This document shows positions 27,216 through 39,921 of a stretch of DNA of 64,000 bases, in pieces; within the stretch, counting starts at the first letter, position 1, and every line of letters starts with the position of its first letter. The notes below the pieces were generated by a model. It saw only the letters and a program-made list of their open reading frames with translations. It was not told the DNA's origin and did not search any database. The stretch comes from Eledone cirrhosa. Taxonomy: Eukaryota. The position numbers were made by a program, and so were the translations under genes. The stretch lies in assembly GCA_964016885.1 (NCBI GenBank), contig OZ024740.1, forward strand, positions 311,116,001 to 311,180,000, read 5' to 3'.

Positions 27216-30200
27216 ATGACCTCACTCAGAATAGGCAGCATAAATGCGCGTGGCTTGGGGTCGTCATGGAAGCAGGGTCACCTGCTCAACGACCTCAGGT
27301 CACTAAACATAGATGTAGTGGCCATCAGCGAGACCAGAATCTCCGAAGCACGGGCCTTCGCACCAATCTTCGGCGGCTACGATGTGTACGCATCTCCCAG
27401 CCGTCCTGGATCCGGTGGAGGAGTTGCTGTACTTTTTCGGAGAGGTTTGGATCTCGCCATACGGGCCATCTTCCTGGACCCAGAGGGTAAGCTGGTGGTG
27501 CTGGACGTGACCAGCGGAGACGGGCAAGCTTTCAGGCTAGTGGCCGTCTATGCCCCGACAGGAGCAGGGCGGCCTGATTTCTTCCGGCGTCTGGAGACCT
27601 TTCTTGGAACGTCGCGCTCTTTAGTGTTAGTGGGCGACTGGAACGGGATCTTAGATGCACGCTGGGACTGTGTGGGATTAGCGGATAGGGGTGGAGGGTG
27701 CAAGAGCCTCACCAACCTGCTCAGGCGTTTTGAACTGTCTGACAGGTACCGATTGGATTTCGCGAATGTGCCAATGTGGACTTGGACAAACCGCATAGGG
27801 TCATCCAGATCATATCTAGATAGAGTATTTTGTAGGGAAATAGATAGGTCTAGCATAGGCTGTCCACAATTCAAGATAGTCAGCTACACGGACCACAAAT
27901 TCGTGATCTGTGTGGTTGACTTAGATAGGCTTCATAGACGAGGACCCGGCTACTGGAAGCTAAACGCGTCCTTACCAGCGCGCAAGGCCTACAGAGACCG
28001 GATTAGCGAACTAGTTAAGCGGGCGTTGACGGGGGCCATCGTCAACAACAAGTGGTGGTTTGCTCTGAAAAGAGCGATTAGAATAGAATCGATTAGATTT
28101 AGTAAGGCTTTAGCAATAGAGAAAAATAGAGCAGAGGGAGAACTAGTTAGAAAATTAGACGAGGCGCTTAGCAAAGGCATTGCGACCGACGTGCTTGCGG
28201 CGAAATTGGCCCTTGACCAATTCTTCAATGCAAAGCACGAAGGCTGCGTTGTCAGAGCAAGGGTGCGTGCTCTCAGACACGAGGGGACGAAAGCCGTTCA
28301 ATGGGCCCGAGTGGCGGAGGTGCGTCGTGGCAACAAAGCCACGATCCGGTCTTTGGTGGACCACGACGGGCGCATGCTACTCGATCCCGGGCAAATGTGT
28401 GAAGCTTTTCAGCGACACTTCGCTCAGCTGTTCGGGGGCAGCGGTGGGCCGGGTAGAGGGATGGACTTTAGTGTCTACCTCGACGGACTGCCGCGGCTCT
28501 CGGCCACTGAGGCGAAGTGTTGCGAAAAGCCGATAACAGCCGCTGAAGTAAGGGAGGCAATGACTGGCTGCACAAGGGGTAAATCGCCTGGTTTGGATGG
28601 TCTGCCCTATGAACTTTACGTACAGATGCCAGACTTGTTCGGAGGCCTCTTGGCGGACGTCTACTGCAACTGGCAACAGAACGGGAGAATTCCCAGTTCT
28701 GTGAGCCGAGGAGCGGTGGCACTGCTGAGAAAGGATCCGAACAAGGGGGATAACATAGAAAATTTCCGGCCCATAACTCTGCTAAACACAGAGTTTAAGA
28801 TTTTGGCCAAGGTGCTAGCAAAGAGGTTGGCGCTTGTCGTTGGTGGTCTGGTGGGAGAGGCGCAGACATGCGCCATTCCCGACAGATCCATCCACGACAA
28901 CCTCCACCTCATGCGATACATCGTAGAGAGGGTAGCTAGGGAACCTGGCACGGGTGGGTCCTTGATCAATTTAGATCAGTCGAAAGCTTTCGATAGGGTC
29001 GACCATCGTTACCTAGCGGCAGTCCTGAGGGCGGCTGGCTTTGGGCCCGTCTTCAGAGGCTGGATCGCTGCCATGCACAGCGACATCTGCTCTGTGGTGA
29101 GAGTGAACGGTCACCTGTCGGAACCGTTCAACATCATGCGCTCGGTCCGCCAAGGATGTCCCCTCTCGTCCCTCTTGTACGTATTGACTCTCGAGCCATT
29201 ACTGCACAAACTGGAGACGTTGAGGGGGGTCCCGCGCGTACTAGGATGCGGAAGATCCGTATCAGCATATGCGGACGATGTCACCGTAGTGGTGTCGAAC
29301 GCCAAACACATCGAGGCGATCGGCACTACACTAAGAGAATACGAAGCGGTGACAGGAGCAATGATCAACCAGGAAAAGTCAGTGGGCCTGCAGCTCGGCA
29401 CCTGGAGAGGCAGGTCCATGCCGTCCAACAGCGTCGTCGGACGCTGGACGGACGGACCGGTTAAATTGCTAGGGGTCTGGTTCGGTCCGGACCTCCAGAC
29501 GGACAAAAACTGGGACGAGGTGACGAGCAGGGTGGCTTCTCTCACCCAGAAATGGGCGGAGAGGAAGCTATCCCTGAAAGGTCGAGCGGAGGTGGCTAAC
29601 GCGTACATCGCGTCTGTCATCTGCTACCGCCTAACCGTCGTACCTTGTCCTAAGCCTCGCCTGACTGCGCTGGAGCGTTTGCTCTTTCGCTTTTTGTGGA
29701 AGGGACGTGCTCCGATGGTCAGGCGGTCCATCTGTTGTCAACACCCGCTACGTGGAGGGCTGGGCATGCCGTGGCTGATGATGCGCAGGCACGCGCTCAG
29801 GCTACGACATCTCCACCTCTTCCTCGACGGTGATCAGGTGTGGTCGCCGTTTGCTAGACGCGTTTTTCCCCAGCTCGTTTCCTTGACGGAGCTGCAGTCC
29901 TGGGTCAAGCGAAGACCAAGAGGGAGCGCCTGGAGACTGGAATGTCTTCAGGCGCTCACAGCCCTCGACCAATCGGGCAATGAGATCGGTGGAAACTCCA
30001 CCTCGGCGTTCTATAGAGGATTAGTGGAGGGGAAGAGCGACGACGTACTTGGGGAAACTCTAGGCGTCGACGAAAATCAACTAGCCAATCTCTTCGGAAG
30101 AACTTTCGGGCCAGGGCCTATGGACAACTTCCAGAAATCTCTGGCCTGGCAGTGCTACCGATGAGCCTTGCCAGTTCGGGATAAACTCTACAGGCATGGA

Positions 30201-30635
30201 GGTGCCGTCAGCCGGGCATGTCCGAGATGCGCGCAGGGCGACGAAACCGTCCTGCACGCACTCGTCCAGTGTCCGAAAATTGCTGACTTGTGGGTTTATG
30301 TCGAACACCTGCTGTCGCGTTTAGGACGGATCCAGCTATCAGCTGAGTCCATCGTGAGGATTGCCCCGCCCTCCTCCTTTAGCCGGGAAGGGCAGGCAGT
30401 TTTTATCTGTCTGGTGGCCATGGCGAAAGAGATAGTATGGTGGACACGTTTGAAAGGGCTGAAGACGAGCACTTACCTCTTCGGTGATGCTCTGATTGAC
30501 TTTTTCAAATTTCATTTGAAAAGGAAAATCAGAGTAGAGAGGGAAGTGCTCTCTTCCCAGCATTTTGTTGAAAGATGGGTGAGAGAAGCAAGAATGGCCC
30601 GAGTGAATGGGCCGACTCTGAGTATATATCTGTAA
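27216..30635 (+). pseudogene. LINE ORF2 (APE endonuclease, reverse transcriptase, C-terminal zinc finger) with one in-frame TGA at 30162-30164
   Basis: EN motifs SINARG, ISET, GDWN, YLDR, TDH. RT motifs KSPGLDG, FRPITLLN, KAFDRV, RQGCPLS, YADD. The same frame resumes after the TGA with ALPVRDKL...CPRC...ETVLHALVQC. Confidence 0.92.
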
Positions 30636-30896
30636 ACTAAAGGTGGAAAACTGGGAGAGGGCACTTGCCTTGGTGGTCAGGGTCATTGTGGCTTTTTACT
30701 GGGCTTTCTCCACAAATGTCCCTCCGAAGTCTCCCCCCTATTGGGGAATTTTTCATTGTTATTTTCATTGTTATTTTTGTTACATCCTCTGTTTTTGTTT
30801 TTTTTACACGCAGAAATGCCCATTTGTACCGTCCTGCATTGTCCTGCACTGTCCTTAATGTCTACTTTATGTAAACCCTTGTGGTTAATAAAGAAA

Positions 30897-30940
<44 letters not shown>

Positions 30941-32190
30941 GGGTGGTGGATTGGCAGTATAGGTAGAGCATCGGATAACATGCTTTACAGAACAGAATTA
31001 TGGCCCTTTACGTTCTGAGTTCTGAGTTCAAATCATCCTTACGGGGTCGATAAAATTTACGTACGGGTGTCAATTTAATCGACTTTTCTCCTCCCTTCAA
31101 ATTACTGGCCTTGTAGAAACAATTATTATAATTATTATTGTCAGTCTGAATATCATAATCCCAGAACATCGTATTGGTATTTACGACATAACAGCCAGTG
31201 AAGGTACAAACAGACTTTATCATGGCGGCGTTTGTATTCTTTTTGCGCAAGGCTCTCATATCCACTTACCAAGTGGGTTACATTTTCCACATTGTTTTCA
31301 CAGAGTGTGCTTGTCAGGGTATCAGAAGTTTTATAGATTTAATACTTCACTGAATTGGTAGCAAGAGCTTGGTTTTGTGTTGCGGCTATAAAGCTTTCGG
31401 TGGTACGCCTGCAATTGCCTTATTAAACCATGTCCATAATGTTGTTTTATCCTTGATAACGTGTGTATTTCTTTCAAACTGCCCGTGCATATGTCGCACA
31501 TTGTGGCCAATAAATGAAACAATTATTATTAGTATTATTACTATTATTGCAGTATCGGTAGAGGTTCGGACGCCATGCTTTGCAACATAGAGTTACAGCC
31601 CTTTATGATCTGAGTTCAAATCCCGCCGAGGTTAACTGTGCCTTTCATCCTTACGGGGTCGATAAAATAAAGTACCAGTCACGCACTGGGGTCGATGTAA
31701 TCGACTTCCCCTCCCCCCAAATTGCTGGCCTTGTGCCTATATAAGAAACCATTATTATTATTACTATTATAAGGGCAGTGGATTGGTAGTATCGGTAGAG
31801 GGTTGGACGCCATGCTTTATAGCAAAGAGTTACGTCCCTTTATTGTCTGAGTTCAAATCCCGCCGAGGTTAACTTTGCCTTTCATCCTTATGGGGTCGAT
31901 AAAATAAAGTACCAGTAATACACTGAGATAATTGCTGGCCTTGTGCCAAAAGTAGAAACAATTATTACTATTATTGCAGTATCGGTAGAGCGTCGGACGA
32001 CATGCTTTGCAGCATAGTGTTTATGGCCCTTTAACGTTCTGAGTTCAAATCCCGCCGAGGTTAACTTTGCCTTTCATCTTTACGGGGTCGATAAAATAAG
32101 GTACCAGTCACGCACTGAGGTCGATTTAATCGTCCCCCCCCCCCCAAAAAAAAGATTACTGGCCTTGTGCCTATACTAGAAATCATTATT
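30941..32190 (+). mobile_element. Head-to-tail array of four SINE family A copies plus an intervening LINE-like 3' fragment (31140-31530)
   Basis: Copies at ~30941-31130, 31548-31760, 31772-31970 and 31975-32190, each ending in an ATT-rich tail. Confidence 0.85.
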
Positions 32191-33212
32191 GTTATCACAA
32201 AGTTGTTGTTGTTAAAGTCCATGTCAGCCCCGGTTGAGGAGACATGGTCAAACATTATAAACGTGACCATCCTAGATTTTTCTTTTCCTATGTAATATAT
32301 ACGTCCTTTTTGAAAATGGTAGGATTTAAGTTGAAGGAAATGTGGCCGTTATTTCTAGCAACCATATAGAGGGATACCACTGGCTTGTTTTGCATTTTTA
32401 GTTTCTTGTTGTTTTGTCGTCGTCGCCGCCGCCAAGATTTCTCTATGATAGGATTAGTGGAGTAAGCAGAAATGTAAGAATTGTTGAAGTAAATGCCACG
32501 ATATGTTATTGACGTCATTCTATGTTCAAAGTTCACAAACAAATGATGTCCATGTTTCTTTCATCTCATCTCACCAATGTTGTTGTTATTGATGAATATC
32601 CCCAGGTCGGCCCTGATCAAACAGATCTACATTCAAAAGATTTCTAATAATGGTCATCCCATCTTTTAAATGTAATTTATCTCAGTCAACATCAAATATA
32701 TCCTTCCGTTTTATTTAAAGACAGTAGGTGTGATTTGACAGAGATTTCGCTGATATTTCCAGCTCATGGAATGACCGCTTTGAGGCTCCTTCGATTAAAT
32801 CATGATAACTAGAGCCAATGTTCCAGCATATACGTGATCACATAATGTGCGAAAAAAAGTAGCCAGATCTTTCTCAAATTGTATTCTACATTATTTAGAC
32901 AAAGGAATAAGTTGGATAACGTACACTAAAATAAATTCCCCGAGAAGAGGTGATAGCTCCATCTATGATGTGTAATGTTTTTGATCATAGACCTTACCAA
33001 TTTGGTTTATCTGTGGCAAAATAAGAATAACAAAAGCAACAAAAACTTTGACTATGTATGACTCAACTTAATTACTATTACCTGTAATTAATATTAATCT
33101 AGAGTAATTAGACGTTATAGTAATTACTTCAAGTTATACGTATTTATTGCAATTCATTTACTTGTGTCGATATGAAAATTTACATATATACACGCATATA
33201 TACATGTATGTG

Positions 33213-33482
33213 AAGGTTAGAGCAGTAGGCTTGCAATCGAAAGGTTGTGAGTTCAATTCTCGGACTGGGTGATGTGTTGTTTCCTTGAGCAAGACACTTT
33301 ATTTCACATTGCTCCAGTTTACTCAGCTGAAAATGAGTAACTGCAATAGCTGGAGGTATAACCCTGCGATGGACTGGCGTCCTGTCCAGGGAGGAGTCTT
33401 GTACTCTCAGTCACTTCACGCCATGAAACCGGGATAAGCACCGGCCAAATGAGCCTTCTGGCTTAAGACAGACTTTAGACTT
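33213..33482 (+). mobile_element. SINE family B (tRNA head, CORE-like block, V-domain-like block)
   Basis: GAGTTCAATTC; CCTTGAGCAAGACACTTT; ACCCTGCGATGGACTGGCGTCCTGTCCAGGG. Confidence 0.75.
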
Positions 33483-33772
33483 ACGGCATGCACGCCCAGC
33501 CAGTGGGATGGCATCATCGTATGGCTAAAACAGCAGTGCTGTCACCAGCGGCGCCGAATGGCGCCCGACAGACTGGTCGGTCAAGGTGATCAAGGTGATA
33601 TACATATACGTAGATGGTGGAGTTACTAGGTAAGAGTAGTAACACCATTGTTCAGCTACGTACTCGATATTTAAGAAAGTTGAGTGTATTATACAGTACG
33701 ATCCCAGCTGTAAGACAGTAACACATTATTAAACGCATACATGTATACACATATACACACACAAACATATAT

Positions 33773-33795
33773 ATAGCTCTGTTAATTTATCGTGA

Positions 33796-33856
<61 letters not shown>

Positions 33857-34590
33857 ATAAATTAACAGAGCTATAGACTCTCGCTATTCCCTGTCAGTAA
33901 TGTGGTCAAAGGAGAAGGAGTCCCGAGCCCTTTATAATACAATATGTTGAAAAGATAACACACTAGAGAGAGATAGTGCGCCATTAATCAGACAGGGAAA
34001 AACCACCAGTGTGTGGGATCTATAGCCCATGGAAGGGCTACATTAAAAGTATAAATTAAAGTGTAAATACATACCTCGATAACTATCTAACACACACGTA
34101 CAAATCCAAAAAGATCTGTTTCGCCAAATAAGTTGTTGACAGAAATGATTAGCCCATGGTTCATCAGCATGTGTAAGGCAACTCTAAGAGAATCTACAGC
34201 GACCGCCCAGCCACACGTGGGAGAGAGAATTCACAGCGTGCCTAGGGCAGTATCTAGTGGCCTCTGAGGGACGAGCTGCTAGAAAGGGCAGCCCAAACCA
34301 CACAGAGAAGTGTGCTCAACCAAACAGAGAGAGGAAAGACTGTTATAAGGAGCGAAATATCACGATAAATTAACGGAGCCATAGACTCTCGCTATTCCCT
34401 GTCAGTAATTTGCTCAAAGGAGAAGGAGTCCCGAGCCCTTTATAATACACTTTAATTTATACTTTTAATTATCGTGTGCCTACTCTGCCTTCCATGGGCT
34501 ATAGATCCCATACACTGGTGGTTTTTCCCTGTCTGATTGATGGCGCACTATCTCTCTCTCTAGTGTGTTATCTTTCAACATATGGTATTA
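33773..34590 (-). mobile_element. ORF-less tandem/inverted element with ~508-bp unit and hammerhead
   Basis: Direct repeat 33849-33940 / 34357-34448. Segment 34447-34590 is an inverted copy of ~33935-34065. A further 27-bp inverted copy lies across the (TA)n at 33773-33798. Confidence 0.85.
34092..34174 (-). ncRNA. Type I hammerhead ribozyme motif
   Basis: ACACATG-CTGATGA-ACCA...TGGC-GAAACAGATC-loop-GATTTGTA-CGTGTGT. Stem I 7 bp, stem III ~7 bp, GTA triplet. Confidence 0.8.
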
Positions 34591-34607
34591 TATATATATA
34601 TATATAT

Positions 34608-34815
34608 AACGAAGGAAGTGTGGTAAGGAACGAGATGGACCATAACTCACCAGAGTACTCAATACTTGGGGTAGTAGAGTAGGTAATAGGAAAATGTTTA
34701 ACCCCGACGACAGAGCTCAAGCCGTTTCGACGGCTATTTCTGGACTGAAATAAAGTCAAGAAATAGCCGTCGAAACGGCTTGAGCTCTTCCGTCGGGGTT
34801 AAACATTTTCCAATA
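34608..34815. mobile_element. Family C element with terminal fold-back (copy 2)
   Basis: Inverted arms at ~34687-34746 and ~34755-34814 contain GAAACGG...CCGTC, resembling a hammerhead 3' half. Confidence 0.75.
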
Positions 34816-34911
34816 TACATATATATATAGAGAGAGAGAGGGGAGAGAAGAAGAAGAAGAAGAAGAAGAAGAAGAAGAAGAAGAAGAAGAAGAAGAAGAA
34901 GAAGAAGAAGA

Positions 34912-35400
34912 TATCAAGCGTGTCAGCAACCTCCGAAATCTCCTTGTCGGCAGTTCCTCCAACTCCTCCACTGGATTCCACTCCTGTCGACCCCGCTGCC
35001 ACTCATGCAGCTTCATCAGCAACACTACCACCCTCACTGGTCCCAACAGCCATATCTTCCTAGTTAGAGATTCCTTCCGCTGCACACCCATTAGTATTAT
35101 CTACGTGATCCGTTGCGTGCTATGCGAGCCCGTCTACATTGGGCAAACCAGTCGCCGACTAGCAGACAAGTTCACCGAGCATTTCCTCGGATTTACGGTT
35201 CGGCATACATCTCCGGTCACCCGATATTTCTGCTCCACTGAACACACCACCACCACCTCATAGTATTCGGTCTTGTAGCTTTCGATGGATCCCTGGAACC
35301 CCGGACTCACCCCTCAAAAGAGAAAGCACATTATATTTTCTCTCCAAACCTCTACTGAAACTGATCAAAATGCACCACTCCTCACCCTCTAGTCAGCTTT
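34912..35400 (+). mobile_element. Penelope-like element fragment, Neptune-like GIY-YIG domain
   Basis: Manual translation gives SCRPRCHSC linker, then FRCTPISIIYVIRCVLCEPVYIGQTSRRLADKFTEH. A degenerate hammerhead-like motif lies near 36305-36355. Confidence 0.75.
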
Positions 35401-36080
35401 TTCTCAGTACCCACCTCTCATCCTCTCTCACACATTCACTACCCTCAGCACCATAGCACTACTTTCACTGACATACCAACTCACCCACGCTTAGATACGC
35501 AAAAATACACACACCAATACAACTAATTAGCTATACCAACATGACCATAGATACATAAACACTATATTCACTATTAATTAATTAATTTTACTAACAGGAT
35601 CGACTAACTATACTAATACGGCCAATTAACTAAACCAACAAGACTATACAACTAACACGACACTAATACTAACACAACTAACTAATTAATCTATACAAAC
35701 TTTACTAATTAAATAACCCAACAGAGTTCATCAAGTAAATTAACATGATCACACACAAATACACACACAAATACACATACAATGTCACACACACACACAT
35801 ACACCCACATGCTCATACATACACAACCACCACAACAAACAGACACAACAGCTCACCCTCGCAGTGACTCTTGAAACTGCTCTAACCTCTTTATCTAGTG
35901 TCACCACACCTTAACTCCTCTTGCGCACAAAACCCAACTTCCATTCTCAGTGAGCTACACACAGCCACCCAAACCCTCATCTGGCCACTTCCTGAAATAG
36001 CACAGACAACTGACCGCTACACACCATATCCTCGTATACTTCCATCACAGCTCTCGATACTACTCTCTCTTCTCATTTGG

Positions 36081-36163
<83 letters not shown>

Positions 36164-38267
36164 CAACTCCAGCCCACCCCACCAACTCAAGCAGGACTAC
36201 TCGCCTACCGTCCACACCCATCTATTTTTTTAATTATGTTTTCTCTTCTCTCCAACTTTTCGACCTCCGTTTTTCCAACCTCCCTCACCGAACTTTGCTC
36301 TTACCCGATGATGGATTTATGTCCGATACGTTGAGGCATCGAAACGTCGTTCAGGGGATTATATCCTGTCACTATTATTGCCGTAAGTCTGAAACTGAGA
36401 GATAGCTTCTACATAATGAAGGAGTCATTAAGTGATCCTCTTTCGAAATGCTCTTTCGAAATGTTGTACGGTTACACTATTATCGAAGAAAAATACGGAT
36501 TAGTCGTAATTGGGATGACTTTTGATTCATCAGGGCTGAATTGGAGTTACACGTCAACAATAAAATCTTTGAAATAATTGTTTTTACTTTTGGCACAAGA
36601 CCAGCAATTACCCAGTGCATTACTGGTACTTTATTTTATCGACCCCGTAAGGATGAAAGGCAAAGTTAACCTCAATGACAGGTAAGTATGTTTTGAAACA
36701 GCGAGTGAGTTTGAAATTAGAAATAGAGGCTTTCGCCGTATTTTTTACTAAAGAAATTATAGTCAGATAGTGGGATTTAGAACCCTCTGATATATGGAAA
36801 AAGATGAATATTGACGTACATGGGAGACTAACCCACATCTTTGGTTATCCAAACCACTGTGCTACCATTACACCAACACATTACCCATCTCCTACCATTG
36901 GAAGGTACATTCTTAGCAAGTATAATGACAGGTGTGTTTTGAAACAGCGAGCGAGTTTGAAATTAGAAATAGAAGCCATATTTTTTAATAGGTACTTTAT
37001 TTATCAAGATCGAAAACATGAAAAGTAAATTTACCTGAGCGGGATATGAACTAAGAGCACAAAGATTCAGAACATTTACCGACGTTCTAATGCCTTCAGT
37101 ATTAGTCATACTGCTAATAATATGCATGTGTGAGTTATGGTGTTAATCCTGGTGTTGGATGATTTAGTGCTTGTTATGGAAGGTTGTAATGCTGTTGACA
37201 CTTTGTGTTGGCAGCAGCAGCAACAATAGTAGTAGTAGTGGTAGTGAGAGGAGGTGGAGGAGGAGGAGTAGGGTTTAACTATTAGAAGTGTTACCTGCTA
37301 TATTGGTAGCGCTTGTGATAGTATCGATGGTCGGGCTGGTGTTTGTGGTTGCCCTGTTGCTTTGTGGTAATGGTAGGTGTGGTTATCATCCTGGCATAGG
37401 TATTTATGCTGCTTGCTGTAGCAGCAGTATTAGTCGAGCTGCGATTAAGTTCTACATGTTGGTCGAAGTATTGCTTGTTATCTTATAGTGTTGGTGGGGA
37501 TGATAGCGTTGGCGGTGATGGTGATGTTGGTGGTGGTGGTGGTGGTGGTGGTACAATGTTTGTATTGCTAGTTGTAGCAGCTGTAATAGCCACAGTACTG
37601 CTAATAAGGCTACATACAATAGTGGAGATAGTGTCGATAGGTAGTATAGTGAGGATGGCGTTGGTGCTGATAGTAATGGATTCTTTTATTTGTTGCCATG
37701 ACCGTCGAAGTAGGAATGTTTATAGGATGGCAGAAACGGTTTTGTTGGTAGCAGTTAATTATGTACACGGTTGCTGTTAGAGAGTGACTGCTTTATAGCA
37801 TTGTTGGTAATGACTGCGATGGTGATGATGCAAGCGATGTTGACATTGCTAGTTGCCAGCCATGTTTATGGCATTGGCCATAATGGATCATAATGGGTGT
37901 TAATGACTAAAAGGTTCATTCTTGCATATTTATCATTGTTAAAGATATTCTTGATATTGCTGTCAGTGTTCTAAAGTTGTCACCGTTGTTTTTCATTATT
38001 ATTATTTTGATGTTATTGTATTTTGTTGTTGTTTTGATACTCATCCACTCGATATATTTCCATGTAATTATCGCTGGTGTAATGTTTGTGGGAGCTAATT
38101 GAAGTTCAGTTTAGTTATGTAAAGGGATTTCTACTGCTGTTGCTATAGTTATGTTGCGGTTATGGGAAATAAACTATCTTGACGTAATCTTCAAAGATAA
38201 AGTAGTTATTCTTATACTGTATCACTGACAAGCATCTCTATTACCACCTACACACACTCTCTCTCTC

Positions 38268-38304
<37 letters not shown>

Positions 38305-39825
38305 GTTATGGTAGTGGTGACAAAGACGTTATAATGATGAAAATTACAGTAATAATAATAGTTCGCATGACGACGAGTATGGCACTCTGGCTGCTCGTAA
38401 TTATGTACGCTTATTGTCATCTTCCTCAACATTATCGATATAGACATCATCCACATGAACATCATCAATATCATACGTCACCAACTTAACTAACAAAGTA
38501 TAGGTCAATTTGGCACTTACAACGAATACCTAGTGGTCTTCTTATAGAAAGAAATGTTTATAACCAATTTTGCTTTATTACATGTATATTACAACTTCGT
38601 CGTATTAAAGAGTAGAAGATGCTCTTGATCAGTAAAATTCATACATTCAAATTACGCTGTTTTGTTTGTTTTTCAAAATGGTTCGTATTTACCATTGTTG
38701 ATGGTTTTTTTTTTGGGGGGGGGGGTGCCTTTGATAATATTTATTTTGTTACATTTCAGTTGGCTTCAACATTTTCTCACCTTTCAATTCGTGTATTTTA
38801 AGAGGAGTATAAATTACATAATATTAATGAATCCTAATTACCAAGTAATGCACTGGGTAATTGCTGGCCTTGTGCCTAACGTAGAAACAATTAATGAATC
38901 CTAATTTTAATGAAACTTTACACGCAGAGAAAGGTTTATATTAAACGATGGTGTAAAAGGTTGACGTGATATCTCGTGCCATTCCTAGAACATTAGGAAG
39001 TTGTAATTATTTTTTAATATATCTAATAGTGATGGGAAGGATTGGCACCGTTCGTTAGGTTTCGATGGTTATTAGGAAGTCTTAGAATTGCAATGGAAAA
39101 CAATAATGAATTGAAAGCTATTTTCTATGACGTTACTTTTGAAAAGGTGGGGAAGGTAGAAACAGAAAATAAATTTCAGAATACTATCTCAATTAAATAC
39201 TAGAATTGAAAGCTATTAACATAGGTTTGTATCTGCAAGCTACAGTTCAATATGATCTCAAAATATATATATTGATCATGAACCAGGAGGAGAACGTTAC
39301 AGAATCTTATCAAAACTTATTTATCAACGCCACTCTAAAGGAAGAGACGAATTTAGATTGAATCTCCACAACGGTAACAAGGCGAACGAAGAGGAACAAT
39401 GGAAAGAACATCAGAAGAATCAAAGAGAGTATACAAAACAAAATGTAAATAGATTTCTCAAATTCAATTAAGAGTGCATGGAACTCTAGTATTAAACTGG
39501 GCCATATTTTATTGGTCGTTTCCTTACTATTTACTTTTATGATACACAATAATATTAATCTAAGCATACACTGGCAAAGTAATCACAAGCAGTTATGCAC
39601 GTATATATACAATATATATGAAAGAAAGAGAGAGAATATGTTCAAGTAATATGTTATACGCAACTTATGTTTCAAAAGATTTAATGAATATATGAGTAAA
39701 AGAAAGAAATATATCAATTGCCTATCGATCAATCAATATCATAATTTTCAAAAGGTTCTTTTTTCTTTTTCGGTTTTATTGGTAATCATACATCTGTATT
39801 CAGAATTGTTTAGCCTATTTCGGAA

Positions 39826-39921
<96 letters not shown>

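Larger units (their letters stand above)
24895..30900 (+). mobile_element. Full-length L1/Tx1-clade non-LTR retrotransposon inserted in (ATT)n
   Basis: 5' UTR, two ORFs, 3' UTR with AATAAA, and (ATT)n on both sides. GC-richer than its flanks. Confidence 0.93.

Noticed and set aside
25213-30686. Antisense and alternate-frame ORFs within the LINE
   Set aside because: Shadows of the GC-richer coding sequence, with no recognisable motifs.
31548-31640. tRNA genes at A/B-box motifs
   Set aside because: They are SINE heads: no complete cloverleaf, and always followed by the SINE body.
37288-37780. Hydrophobic, transmembrane-looking ORFs
   Set aside because: They derive from decayed GGT/AGT/GTT triplet repeats; no domain evidence.
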